DNA of 63,631 nt, filler included, from Octopus bimaculoides (lineage: Eukaryota), in the NCBI RefSeq assembly GCF_001194135.2. It is 6 parts of 6 records of this genome, joined end to end, with 100 filler letters (N's around TTAATTAATTAA, not from the genome) between each part and the next. Parts side by side here need not be neighbours in the genome. Positions count along the whole stretch, not along the records: positions 48,048 to 55,338 come from NC_068983.1; positions 55,439 to 58,498 come from NW_026320730.1; positions 58,599 to 63,631 come from NC_069005.1; 3 more parts are not named here. The stretch is one strand, 5' to 3'. Below, piece by piece: positions 50,795 to 62,034 of this stretch (position 1 is its first letter; each line of letters opens with the position of its first letter). The notes under the pieces were generated by a model. That model did no database searches. It was not told the origin of the DNA and was given only the letters and a program-made list of their open reading frames with translations. The translations under genes were made by a program, and so were the position numbers.

Positions 50795-51380
50795 CCTTGA
50801 CAGAATTGTTAGCACGTCGCACAAAATACCACGCGGCATTTCTCCTGGTTATACGTTCTGAGTTTAAATTCCGCAGAGGTCGACTTTCCCTTTTATCTTT
50901 TCGGGGTCAATGAAATAAGTACTAGTTGAGCATTGGGGTCGATGTAATCAACTAGCTTCCTCTCACCAAATTTTAGACCTTGTGTCTTTGGTAGTAAGGA
51001 TTCTTATTATTAAGGCGGCAAAAGATGACGAGCTGTCAGAATCGTTAGGGCACAGAATAAAACGCTTTGCGGCATTTCACCTGCCTTTACGTTCTGAGTT
51101 CAAACTCAGTGGAGGTCGACTTTGTCTTCTATTCTTTTGCAATCGATGTTTAGCCCCTTGTGAGCAATAAAGAAATAAGAAACGTTAGCACGCCGGGCGA
51201 AATGCTTAGCGGCATTTCGTCTGTCGTTACATTCTGAGTTCAAATTCCGCCGATGTCGATTTTGCCTTTCATCCTTTCGGGGTCGATAAATCAAGTACCA
51301 GTTACGCACTGGGATCGGTCTAATCGACTTAACCCCTTTGTCTGTCCTTGTTTGTCCCCTCTATGTTTAGCTCTGTAAGG
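50795..51380 (+). mobile_element. Array of three family B SINE monomers
   Basis: Three GTTCTGAGTT(C/T)AAA cores; tail-to-head junction at 51164-51195. Confidence 0.85.
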
Positions 51381-51382
51381 TA

Positions 51383-51727
51383 ACGTCGGGGTCACCAATT
51401 GTAAGGGACGACCGTGCGAACTCAAAAAAAGGAGCAATGGTGACGAATGGAAAAACAGAGGACTCCTTTTATTTAAACGAGTCACACGGTCGAACATACA
51501 AATATATATCAGATGATGATATACATGATATGTTATGCGACGATAACATAGATGACCAGTAATGAAAGACCACAACCGTATTAGATGAATAACAGAGATA
51601 TTTATTGTAGCGTTAAAGATGTATGTCTGTGTGAGAGTGTGAATGCGACATATAAAAACATAATCAAAGACAGGCCGTCATACAAAGAAAAGTGTGTATG
51701 TGAGTAATACATGTGTGTGTTATTACA
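51383..51727 (-). mobile_element. LTR retrotransposon 5' LTR (~51400-51727) with a tRNA-Trp primer-binding site (51383-51397)
   Basis: Minus strand ...CCCTTACA-AT-TGGTGACCCCGACGT, complementary to the tRNA-Trp 3' end (ACGTCGGGGTCACCA); TGTAA...TTACA termini; AATAAA on the minus strand near 51467. The distal LTR boundary is uncertain. Confidence 0.7.
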
Positions 51728-52288
51728 GCAGATAGAAAGAGTCAGTAAATGACACGTGAGCAATTATACCAGTTCGTTNNNNNNNNNNNNNNNNNNNNNN
51801 NNNNNNNNNNNNNNNNNNNNNNNNNNNNNNNNNNNNNNNNNNNNNNNNNNNNNNNNNNNNNNNNNNNNNNNNNNNNNNNNNNNNNNNNNNNNNNNNNNNN
51901 NNNNNNNNNNNNNNNNNNNNNNNNNNNNNNNNNNNNNNNNNNNNNNNNNNNNNNNNNNNNNNNNNNNNNNNNNNNNNNNNNNNNNNNNNNNNNNNNNNNN
52001 NNNNNNNNNNNNNNNNNNNNNNNNNNNNNNNNNNNNNNNNNNNNNNNNNNNNNNNNNNNNNNNNNNNNNNNNNNNNNNNNNNNNNNNNNNNNNNNNNNNN
52101 NNNNNNNNNNNNNNNNNNNNNNNNNNNNNNNNNNNNNNNNNNNNNNNNNNNNNNNNNNNNNNNNNNNNNNNNNNNNNNNNNNNNNNNNNNNNNNNNNNNN
52201 NNNNNNNNNNNNNNGACAAATTATTGGGTATGAATTGATCTATATATAGCGTTAAGAGGGCTCCAAATGCCTTTAGAATTTTACTCTA

Positions 52289-52482
52289 TCACGTGACCTT
52301 ATTAGGGGCCGTGATTGGTCAGTTTGCGTTCTGGCGGGAAAGGTTCGAAGAAGTTGCCGATTCGAATAATGATCAGTCACGTGATGACAAGGTATGGGTT
52401 CTCTACTACGCTCGCATTTATTTATATTTAAATGAGAAGATTGTATGTAATGGCGATAGTAGTTTGTATCTAATGGCGGGAG
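52289..52482. promoter_or_regulatory. Candidate cell-cycle/housekeeping-type promoter
   Basis: TCACGTGA at 52289 and 52377, ATTGG at 52314, TGGCGGGAAA at 52332, TTCGAA at 52344 and 52361, TGGCGGGAG at 52474. Confidence 0.45.
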
Positions 52483-52494
52483 GTAGTTTCACTA

Positions 52495-52750
52495 CAGCTC
52501 CTTGTGGGCAATAAAGAAATAAGAAACGTTAGCACGCTGGGTGAAATGTTTAGCGGTATTTCAAGGTAGTGAGCTAGCAGAAATGTTAGCACGCCGGGCG
52601 AAACGCTTAGTAGTATTGTGTCTGTCTTTATGTTCTGAGTTCAAATTCCGCCGAGGTCGACTTTGCCTTTCATCTTCTTGGGGTCGATAAATTGCGTACT
52701 GGGGTCGACCTAATCGACTGGCCGCCCTCCACAAAAATTTCGGGCCTGTT
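52495..52750 (+). mobile_element. Family B SINE concatemer (tail, partial head, full monomer)
   Basis: GCAATAAAGAAATAAGAAACGTTAGCAC junction at 52508, then a B monomer. Confidence 0.85.
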
Positions 52751-53067
52751 CTCTGATTGGCTGAAAATTCTGAAAACTATCAAACTTTGAACACCTGTTG
52801 CATCTTCCCGAAATTTTTCTGGAATAAATGAAAAACAGTGTCAAAAATTACATCTGTATGATACATTAAAGAATTTTTTTAACTATTTCGATATGCAGCG
52901 ACGATAACCACATAGATCCGGGGTGAACGCTAATTTGTATTGCTGAAAGATTTTTGTAAACTGTGTTTTCTAAATCTGATGATATTCCATTGAAGGGGTA
53001 GTGCCGTCCATTGCACTGCTTTAGCAACAGCATGCCTTAGAAGCTAAGACCATCGGAAAGATGAAGG

Positions 53068-53225
53068 TGGCTGTGTAGCAAGAAGTCTGCTTCGCAACCA
53101 CATGGTTCCGGTTTCAGTCCAACTGCGTGGTTCCTTGGGTAAGTGTAATCTAATATAGCCCCGGATCGACCAAACCTTTGTGAGTGAATTTGGTTGACAG
53201 AAACTGAAAGAAGCCCGTCGTATTT
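53068..53225 (+). mobile_element. Family C SINE head; a matching tail lies at 54430-54630
   Basis: GGCTGTGTAGCAAGAAG...AACTGAAAGAAGCCCGTCG then (TG)n. Confidence 0.8.
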
Positions 53226-53638
53226 ATATGTGTGTGTGTGTGTGTGTGTGTGCAGCACTGGATTAACCATTAAGCAAAATAAGCACGTGCTTAGAGCATC
53301 AAGGAAAGGAGTTGGGGGAACCACAGAAATGGTAAATGGTTGGATCTAGTTCAAAACAGGGGCACCAGTATTTTCTTAACGAAACACTTTGAAACTTGGG
53401 ACACTGGTAGAATGTGTCATATAAAATATCTTTTTCTCTTAGTCTTCTTAACAAAAAAACGTACATCGCAAGTTATTTCATGTTAAAGTTGTCGTATTTC
53501 TGTAATTTCAACTGATGACTGACGTCCATTCAGTCGAATACAGTAAGTGCTGACTACGTAAACAAACGATTCTCAAACGATTCTGGCGGTGATGAAATTA
53601 TTATTTCCTTGTCAAAAATGGCTGAAGCATATTGGCAG

Positions 53639-53660
53639 TAGGGTTAGGGTTAGGGTTAGG
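53639..53660 (+). repeat. Interstitial telomere-type (TTAGGG)n running into a 721-N gap
   Basis: TAGGGTTAGGGTTAGGGTTAGG. Confidence 0.85.
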
Positions 53661-54381
53661 NNNNNNNNNNNNNNNNNNNNNNNNNNNNNNNNNNNNNNNN
53701 NNNNNNNNNNNNNNNNNNNNNNNNNNNNNNNNNNNNNNNNNNNNNNNNNNNNNNNNNNNNNNNNNNNNNNNNNNNNNNNNNNNNNNNNNNNNNNNNNNNN
53801 NNNNNNNNNNNNNNNNNNNNNNNNNNNNNNNNNNNNNNNNNNNNNNNNNNNNNNNNNNNNNNNNNNNNNNNNNNNNNNNNNNNNNNNNNNNNNNNNNNNN
53901 NNNNNNNNNNNNNNNNNNNNNNNNNNNNNNNNNNNNNNNNNNNNNNNNNNNNNNNNNNNNNNNNNNNNNNNNNNNNNNNNNNNNNNNNNNNNNNNNNNNN
54001 NNNNNNNNNNNNNNNNNNNNNNNNNNNNNNNNNNNNNNNNNNNNNNNNNNNNNNNNNNNNNNNNNNNNNNNNNNNNNNNNNNNNNNNNNNNNNNNNNNNN
54101 NNNNNNNNNNNNNNNNNNNNNNNNNNNNNNNNNNNNNNNNNNNNNNNNNNNNNNNNNNNNNNNNNNNNNNNNNNNNNNNNNNNNNNNNNNNNNNNNNNNN
54201 NNNNNNNNNNNNNNNNNNNNNNNNNNNNNNNNNNNNNNNNNNNNNNNNNNNNNNNNNNNNNNNNNNNNNNNNNNNNNNNNNNNNNNNNNNNNNNNNNNNN
54301 NNNNNNNNNNNNNNNNNNNNNNNNNNNNNNNNNNNNNNNNNNNNNNNNNNNNNNNNNNNNNNNNNNNNNNNNNNNNNNNNN

Positions 54382-54430
<49 letters not shown>

Positions 54431-54894
54431 TTTGTAACACCGCTTGACAAATGTAGCTGGTGTGTTTACGGTCCCGTAACTTAGCGGTTTGGCAAAAGTA
54501 CCGAGAGAATAAATACCAGGCTAACAAAAAAGATAATACTTAAAGCTGTTGTAGATTTGTTCTTCTAAAATTCCTTAAGGCGTGTGCTCCAGCAAGGCCA
54601 CAATCTAATGACTGAAACAAATAAAGAAAAATTACTGAAAGAGTCATAGTTGAAGTTATAGCCTTTGGTAGTAGGTTAAGTGATATGCTATCGGAACCCA
54701 AACAGCAACAATAGAAGGGCAGTTGACAGGCTACAGTAGCCTTGCGATTAACATTCTTGAAATGCTTTTTCGATCTCTAAAGGAATGAGATGACAGACGC
54801 CTCACACCACCTACGCAAATTACCAATGATTAATCCGAACAGAATGTAACTCTCTCTTTCTGCCTTGTCTCTTCTGCTCTGTTTACATACTGAA

Positions 54895-55115
54895 TAATCT
54901 TTTCTACTCTTGGCACAAGGCCCGAAATTTTAGAGCAGGGGGCCAGTCGAGTAGATCGACCTCAGTACGCAACTGGTACTTATTTTTATTGACCCCAGAA
55001 GGATGAAACGCAAAGTCGACCTCCGCGGAATTTGAACTCAGAACGTAACGGCAGACGAAATACCGCTAAGCATTTCGCCCGGCATGCTAACGTTTCTGCC
55101 AGCTCGCCACCTACT
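54895..55115 (-). mobile_element. Family B SINE
   Basis: Reverse complement of the B consensus with the GGCCTTGTGCC...GTAGAAAAG tail. Confidence 0.85.
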
Positions 55116-55139
55116 CAAATTTTTTATTTTATTTATGCC

Positions 55140-55338
55140 CCCTTTTAAAGCCTAACCAGGCTCATGAGCCCGGTTTCCCGGTTTCTATGGCGTATGTGGC
55201 CCCCACCCCTGCTAGCTGGACGGGACGCCAGTCCATCGCAGCCTTACTCAAGAAACAGGAAGAAAGAGTGAGAGAAAGCTGGGGAGAAAGAGTGCAACAG
55301 GAGTCACCACCACCCCCTGCGGGAGCTTCGTGAGCTTT
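55140..55338 (-). mobile_element. SINE with a family A body and an alternative V-SINE-like tail
   Basis: Minus strand CTTCCTGTTTCTTGAG (A body), then GCGATGGACTGGCGTCCCGTCCAG...GAAACCGGGAAACCGGGCTCATGAGCC. Confidence 0.7.
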
Positions 55339-56149
55339 NNNNNNNNNNNNNNNNNNNNNNNNNNNNNNNNNNNNNNNNNNNNTTAATTAATTAANNNNNN
55401 NNNNNNNNNNNNNNNNNNNNNNNNNNNNNNNNNNNNNNTTTCAAGTGGCTCCATTTAATTGAACAATGCAATCATTACATCAATTTAATTGCAGGGCTAT
55501 CCTCAGTTGCATAACGAAATAGAATTTTTTAATCAATTGGACGCATTAATATAATTTTACTAAAATCCTCTAACAGAGCAAGAAGAGGGAGAAAGTCCAT
55601 GTTGCTACTAATGTAACTCAGAATATACTACACTTCTAAGAACTGTATGAAGTTTGTTAGGGTCCTAGCTTGTAAATGATTGTAGTTCAATTTTAATTTA
55701 TTAGTCTTTTTTTTATCAACTACCAAATCTGAGGCTAGAGGACAGTGTCTGTTTAGAATGGATAGACAGAGTGAGTTCACATTTATAGTTGGGTATGGTC
55801 ATAAATATTGTCAGGATTTTAGAAAATGTGTAAGTAATTGTCTATAAAGGAGACTGGGTAGGGGAAGACCCTAAATTAGGATGTTAATTACCAGATAAAG
55901 GAGCAAGACGCTAATAAAACCTATGATGTTAATACAGAAGAAATAATCATTTGGTACAATGGATGATTGTATATTAACTCTATTGTTATGTTGTATGAAG
56001 ATAAAATTTAAGATTACTAAAAATGATGTTATAACCAGAATAGATAAACTGTGTATATATACCAATTTTCAACATTAGAAAGGGAAGCTTACATAGAATT
56101 AGCTTAATATTCATTCCTGTACTTAATTATTTACTTATTATAAGACCTA

Positions 56150-56525
56150 AATCTATGGCCTCAGCCAGTCCACTTATACGTACCTTCCTTCATTGGACAC
56201 TAAACTCCACTTGCGAAGACCTGTTGAGGCAAGCGAGATCGTTGCCAGTGCCCCTGGACTGGCTCTTGTGCGGGTGACCACATAAAATACACCATTTTGA
56301 GCGTGGCCGTTGCCAGTACTGCCTGACTGACCTTCATACCGGTGGCACGTAAAAGCACCCACTACACTCTATGAGTGGTTGGCGTTAGGGAGGGCATCCA
56401 GCTGTAGAAACTCTGCCAAGTCAGATTGGAACCTGGTGTAGCCATCTGGTTTCACCAGTCCTCAGCTAAATCATCCAGCTCATGCTAGCATGGAAAGTGG
56501 ACGTTAAACAACGATGATGATGATG
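56150..56525 (+). mobile_element. RTE LINE 3' UTR with a (GAT)n tail
   Basis: Extends the 2052-2317 sequence 5' to CATTGGACACTAAACTCC...GAAGACCTGTTGAGGCAAG. Confidence 0.75.
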
Positions 56526-56529
56526 AAGG

Positions 56530-56735
56530 TTCAGGCCATGATATTAAACATCCAGCGGATCAAACTAACTTCAGACAAAAATTTAGAGATTTGCTCATGG
56601 AAGCTTCTGACGAAACAAAGGAAGTGTTGGTGACATAAAGCTTAGACGACAACTGAAAATTCTTGAAGGACAATCTACTGACAAGAACAGATTAAATCTG
56701 TAGTTGGTGAAGAGTCCCAGCTAGACCAAATGTGA
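56530..56735 (+). mobile_element. Decayed RTE LINE ORF fragment (linker between endonuclease and RT)
   Basis: N*KFLKDNLLTRTD*ICSW*RVPARPNVT resembles the RTE pattern NW..L...LL.ATD.ICGW.K.P.RP..TWWW. Confidence 0.55.
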
Positions 56736-57671
56736 CATGAGGGTTCTTTCTCTCTTTACATATCCTAACAAAAATTCTAATCATGACATATTTATCCCAT
56801 ATTACTGATCTTTATGCCCAGATTCCAAAATTCCAATCTTATGGAACCTGTTAAAAGGCTTTTGCTCCTGAAAAATGGAGCTCATGGAGCTCTAAAATGT
56901 ATGAGTTAAGGCCCTTATTGGGGGTGGGTGTCTTAAAGTCAACCAGAGAAGTTGAATTGTTGGGAATCTTTTTAATTTGAGTCTTATATCTATTGTTCAA
57001 ATTTCTTTGAAATCAGGAATATATGCATGTTCACTGGGTTTGTAAAAGAGAGCAAAGCTACAGCAAACTAAAAGACGAATAATCACAAGAAGCAGTCAGC
57101 TACCCTACTCTAGTCGTTACCACTCCCCAATGCAGGATTACTCACTATACAGGTGACAGGCACAGTGGTAAGATACATTACAGATCTATAGCAATTGGAA
57201 GGACATGACCCAACTCAAATAAACATTAACAAATGTGTGACATGAGGGATAAGGGGAAATGAAAGTGCCACCTCTGGAGTTTGCCAATGATCACTTTGCC
57301 GATAGGTAACTGAACAGAATAAATTTGCAATCTATAAATCTCTTTGAATGACCAATCACTTATCTGTAAAGGCCTTGAAATCAATGTTATCATCTGGGGA
57401 TTATCTGTAACCCAGTGATAATAAAAAGACTCAAAGAAGGTCTGCAACCAAATAACTTTACTCAACACTTTGCAAATGAATCAACGGAGGCAAAGATGCC
57501 TCTCCTTTACTTGACAATTTATGCACCACATTGCAGAAATCACAATCTAAGTATATCTCAAAGCAAACACTTACACTGTTGTACCATTGAATTACAAATA
57601 ATGCTCATCTTTTATGGTCAGGTGAACCTACAACTTCCAAGAGTACAATTGTATTTGTCTTTGCTTAGGAA

Positions 57672-58365
57672 AAATGACTAAACTGTAGGTGTTAGGTCCC
57701 CATTAAGGGGTCTTACTAACTTCTAAGAAGTTAAAATTTTAGAAATATTACTTCATTTGTGTCTAATATCTATGGTTAAAATGTCTTCAACAGCAAAAAT
57801 ATATGAATTTTCATGGGGGTTATGGTCTCATTTATGCCCCCCCGCACCACTTTCAAAGATATACTGCATTACATCTGCCCTTATGCATAGAATATAATTT
57901 CCAAATCTCATAAATATCCATTCAGTACTTTTGACCTAGTTTTGGATCATAAAAAATGACTAAAATTTAAGAGTTCAGGCCCCCAACAGGGGGTTTTAGA
58001 ACCCTCGTGATAAGTGGAAACTTGGGAATACTTCTTGATGTGTGTCAATCACCCATGGTTGAAATTTCATCAACATCGAAAATTTATGAATTTTCATGAG
58101 GGGGTTCTTCCCCCTGTAAGCCCCCTCAAATTCAAACCAAACATACTGCATTATACCCGCCTTTATGCATTGAATCTAAGATCCAAATATCATAAGGATC
58201 CATTCAGTAATTTTGATCCATAAAATTGGATGAAACACAAAGCATTATCCTTCTCCCTCAGCTTGGACTTTGTGTTCCAAATTTCATTAGGATCAGTGCA
58301 GTAGTTTTCAAATGTATAAGTAACACACGAACACACATAAAGACATTGACTTTTATATAATAGAT
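57672..58365 (+). mobile_element. Helentron/HINE (DINE-1-like) non-autonomous element with two ~280-bp internal units
   Basis: AAAAATGACTAAA...TATGAATTTTCATG..GGGGTT...ATACTGCATTA...ATCCATTCAGTA repeated from 57672 and 57953; 3' end CCAAATTTCATTAGGATC...ACATTGACTTTTATATAATAGAT. Confidence 0.55.
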
Positions 58366-58414
58366 ATGAATATACACATATACATACATGTATATGTGTG
58401 TGTGTGGGTGTATT

Positions 58415-58445
<31 letters not shown>

Positions 58446-58628
58446 CACACACAAAAAGATAGATTGATAGATACAATTGAGTGGGCAAACAAAAATATNN
58501 NNNNNNNNNNNNNNNNNNNNNNNNNNNNNNNNNNNNNNNNNNTTAATTAATTAANNNNNNNNNNNNNNNNNNNNNNNNNNNNNNNNNNNNNNNNNNNNAA
58601 TAATGATAGTAGTAGTAGCAGCAGCAGC

Positions 58629-58691
<63 letters not shown>

Positions 58692-59460
58692 TTAACAATA
58701 ACAACGGTAATAAGAACGGCAACAGCTGAGTTGATTGTTGATAAATAAAGTGAATACGAATTTCAAAACGGGGGCCACAGTTTTCATTTATGTTTTATGT
58801 AGTGTTATATAATTATAGCAAACTGCAGCGAGATAGTTTTAATGGAATATAACAGCGACCAGTAAAATAATACTATGTTTTTAAACGAAAGGTTCTGTTT
58901 TACATTTCACATTTTCTCACTGATGTCGGCCATTTTGGCTGACTTCCAACTTCACTTTTCAAAGCAACCGTTTGTTTTAATATTTGTGTTTCTGTATATA
59001 AAACATGCTATATAGTGTTTCGATTCTATATGTGTTTTTCATGTGGGTATTTTGTGGTTGTGTGTGTGTGTGTGTATGTGTGTGTGTGTACATGTGCTTG
59101 TGTTTATGATCCTGCATATGTTTATATTTATGCATGTATCTATGTTACTTGTGGATGGATTTATGCATGCATACATATGTACGTATATACACGTCGACGA
59201 GTATATATTTCTTCTGTGTATTTATGTGCATGTATCTTTTATGAGTATACGTATGCAACTGGTTGAGAAACGGCGTGTATGCATGTGTGTACTCCGTTTC
59301 TATGTATGAATGCATTTATGTGTGTGTTTGAGACTATGCGAGTTAATATCGCTTTTAGCATCGCCACAGCACGAAAATCTTTGGAGGGAGGGTTATACAC
59401 ATTTTACCCTTATTTTATAAAATCTGAGCCAATAAAATGCAAAGTCGACACCAATATTTT

Positions 59461-59844
59461 GGTTGGCACTCCATCGGTTACGACGACGAGGGTTCCAGTT
59501 GATCCGATCAACGGAACAGCCTGCTCGTGAAATTGACGTGCAAGTGGCTGAGCACTCCACAGACACGTGTACCCTCAACGTAGTTCTCGGGGGAGATTCA
59601 GCGTGACACAGAGTGTGACAAGGCTGACCCTTTGAAATTACTGGTACAACAGAAACAGGAAGTAAGAGTGAAGAAAGTTGTGGTGGAAGAGTACAGCAGG
59701 GTTCGCCACCATGCCCTGCCGAAGCCTCGTGGAGCTTTAGGTGTTTTCGCTCAATGAACACTCACAACGCCCGGTCTGGGAATCGAAACCGCGATCCTAT
59801 GACTGCGAGTCCGCTGCCCTAACCACTGGACCGTTGTGCCTCCA
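59461..59844 (-). mobile_element. Full-length family A SINE
   Basis: Reverse complement of 7759-8130. Confidence 0.9.
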
Positions 59845-59892
59845 TTGCCAAATGTGGTACCCTTTAAAAAATTCACATTTTTTTTTCTCTCC

Positions 59893-60106
59893 ACGGTCAC
59901 TTCTTGTTTCTGTTGTGCCTGTAATTCAAAGGGTCAGCCTTGTCACACTGTGTCACGCTGAATATCCCCGAGAACTACGTTAAGGGTACACGTGTCTGTG
60001 GAGTGCTCAGCCACTTGCACGTTAATTTCACGAGCAGGCTGTTCCGTTGATTGGATCAACTGGAACCCTCGACGTCGTAAGCGACGGAGTGCCAACAACA
60101 ACAACA
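59893..60106 (+). mobile_element. 5'-truncated family A SINE with a (CAA)n tail
   Basis: Matches the A tail; inverted relative to 59461-59844. Confidence 0.9.
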
Positions 60107-60527
60107 ACCACATTTGGCAAGCAGGGTGATTCTGTTTATGTGGGGGATCCTTGATAGTCCTTAATTTGAGGCTCCTTTGTATCAATACTGCTTCATCCAC
60201 ATGCTCACATATTTTGTATACTATGTATTATTTCATCTCATTTTCCCCTCCCCATTCAACACTACAGGCTCTAGTTCGCATTCATAGCACTTTTCCGTTA
60301 GTTTGAATCTACAAATCTGGCTAATATCCCAATGCACTCGTTTACCGACTCATTCATGCTTGCACTTATACTCTTTCGCGCTTGCTTACTGCATTCACTT
60401 AAGATGTGGTTCATACTTTGCCCTCTTTTTCACAGGTTCTGCGTTTGCTCTCTAAGTTTCATCAATCTCCATTTTTATGTTCGTTTAAATGGTTTGCCGT
60501 GGAGCAGCCATAATTAGCAATTCAATT

Positions 60528-60690
60528 TTCCGTTTTAGGTTTCCACGTCTACCAAATCCACTCACACGGCTTTGGTCGGCCCGAGGCTATAGTAGAAGAC
60601 ACTTGCCCAAGGGGCCACGCAGTGGGACTGAACCCGGAACCATGTGGTTCGTAAGCAAGCTACTTACCACACAGCCACTCCTACGCCTAT
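60528..60690 (-). mobile_element. Family C SINE head
   Basis: Near-consensus reverse complement followed by (TA)/(CA)n and a gap. Confidence 0.9.
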
Positions 60691-62034
60691 ATATATATAT
60701 ACATACACACACACACACACACACATACNNNNNNNNNNNNNNNNNNNNNNNNNNNNNNNNNNNNNNNNNNNNNNNNNNNNNNNNNNNNNNNNNNNNNNNN
60801 NNNNNNNNNNNNNNNNNNNNNNNNNNNNNNNNNNNNNNNNNNNNNNNNNNNNNNNNNNNNNNNNNNNNNNNNNNNNNNNNNNNNNNNNNNNNNNNNNNNN
60901 NNNNNNNNNNNNNNNNNNNNNNNNNNNNNNNNNNNNNNNNNNNNNNNNNNNNNNNNNNNNNNNNNNNNNNNNNNNNNNNNNNNNNNNNNNNNNNNNNNNN
61001 NNNNNNNNNNNNNNNNNNNNNNNNNNNNNNNNNNNNNNNNNNNNNNNNNNNNNNNNNNNNNNNNNNNNNNNNNNNNNNNNNNNNNNNNNNNNNNNNNNNN
61101 NNNNNNNNNNNNNNNNNNNNNNNNNNNNNNNNNNNNNNNNNNNNNNNNNNNNNNNNNNNNNNNNNNNNNNNNNNNNNNNNNNNNNNNNNNNNNNNNNNNN
61201 NNNNNNNNNNNNNNNNNNNNNNNNNNNNNNNNNNNNNNNNNNNNNNNNNNNNNNNNNNNNNNNNNNNNNNNNNNNNNNNNNNNNNNNNNNNNNNNNNNNN
61301 NNNNNNNNNNNNNNNNNNNNNNNNNNNNNNNNNNNNNNNNNNNNNNNNNNNNNNNNNNNNNNNNGTGGTGGTGGTGTTGGTGATGATGGTGGTGGTGGTA
61401 GTGGTGATGATAGTGGTGTTGGTGATGGTGGTGGTGGTGGTGGTGGTATTGGTAGCGGATGTGTTGGTATTGGTGGTGGTGTTGGTAATGGAGATGATGA
61501 TAATGATGGAGTTGGAGGTGGTGGAGGTGGTGGTAATGATGGTGTTGGAAGTGGCAATTCTTAGAAGATATTATCCTCACGAAGACCCCCCTCCTCCCCC
61601 CTCTTCCTCATCTTCATCACTATTACGTACAATAAGGTTATACAAACTGTCCGACCGTGCCCATCCTTATCGTAGTTAGTGTCAACTGATAATTAGGTTA
61701 ATTACGTTAATTACGTTAATTATAGAAATAAAAGTCATGCCAGTAATTCTTGCTGTATAGAGCAAGTTTCAGAGAGAAATAGATGAGAAGAAAAGCTGGT
61801 TAGTAAACTAATAGAGACAATTAGAAGTGGCATCGCGATCCACGTGTTAGCGGCACTTATGGCCCTCAACCATTTCTTCAATGCGAAACACGATAGCTGT
61901 GTTATTAGGGCGAGAGCTTGTGTGCTAAAACAAGAAGGTACGAAAGTCGTTCTTCCAAGGGCTCGGGTGGTGGAGGCATGACGTGACAACAAAGTCACCA
62001 TACAGTCTTTGACAGATCAAGATGGGCGCGTTCT

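Noticed and set aside
57250-57681. MKVPPLEF... first-exon candidate and the ORF with a faint Penelope RT resemblance (FANES..KMPLLYLTIY)
   Set aside because: Similarity is too weak by eye, and there is no intact YxDD or consistent splice partner.
61735-62001. 88-aa hydrophobic minus-strand ORF
   Set aside because: No homology recognised and no splice or start context; the opposite strand is open over a similar length, consistent with chance or decayed repeat.
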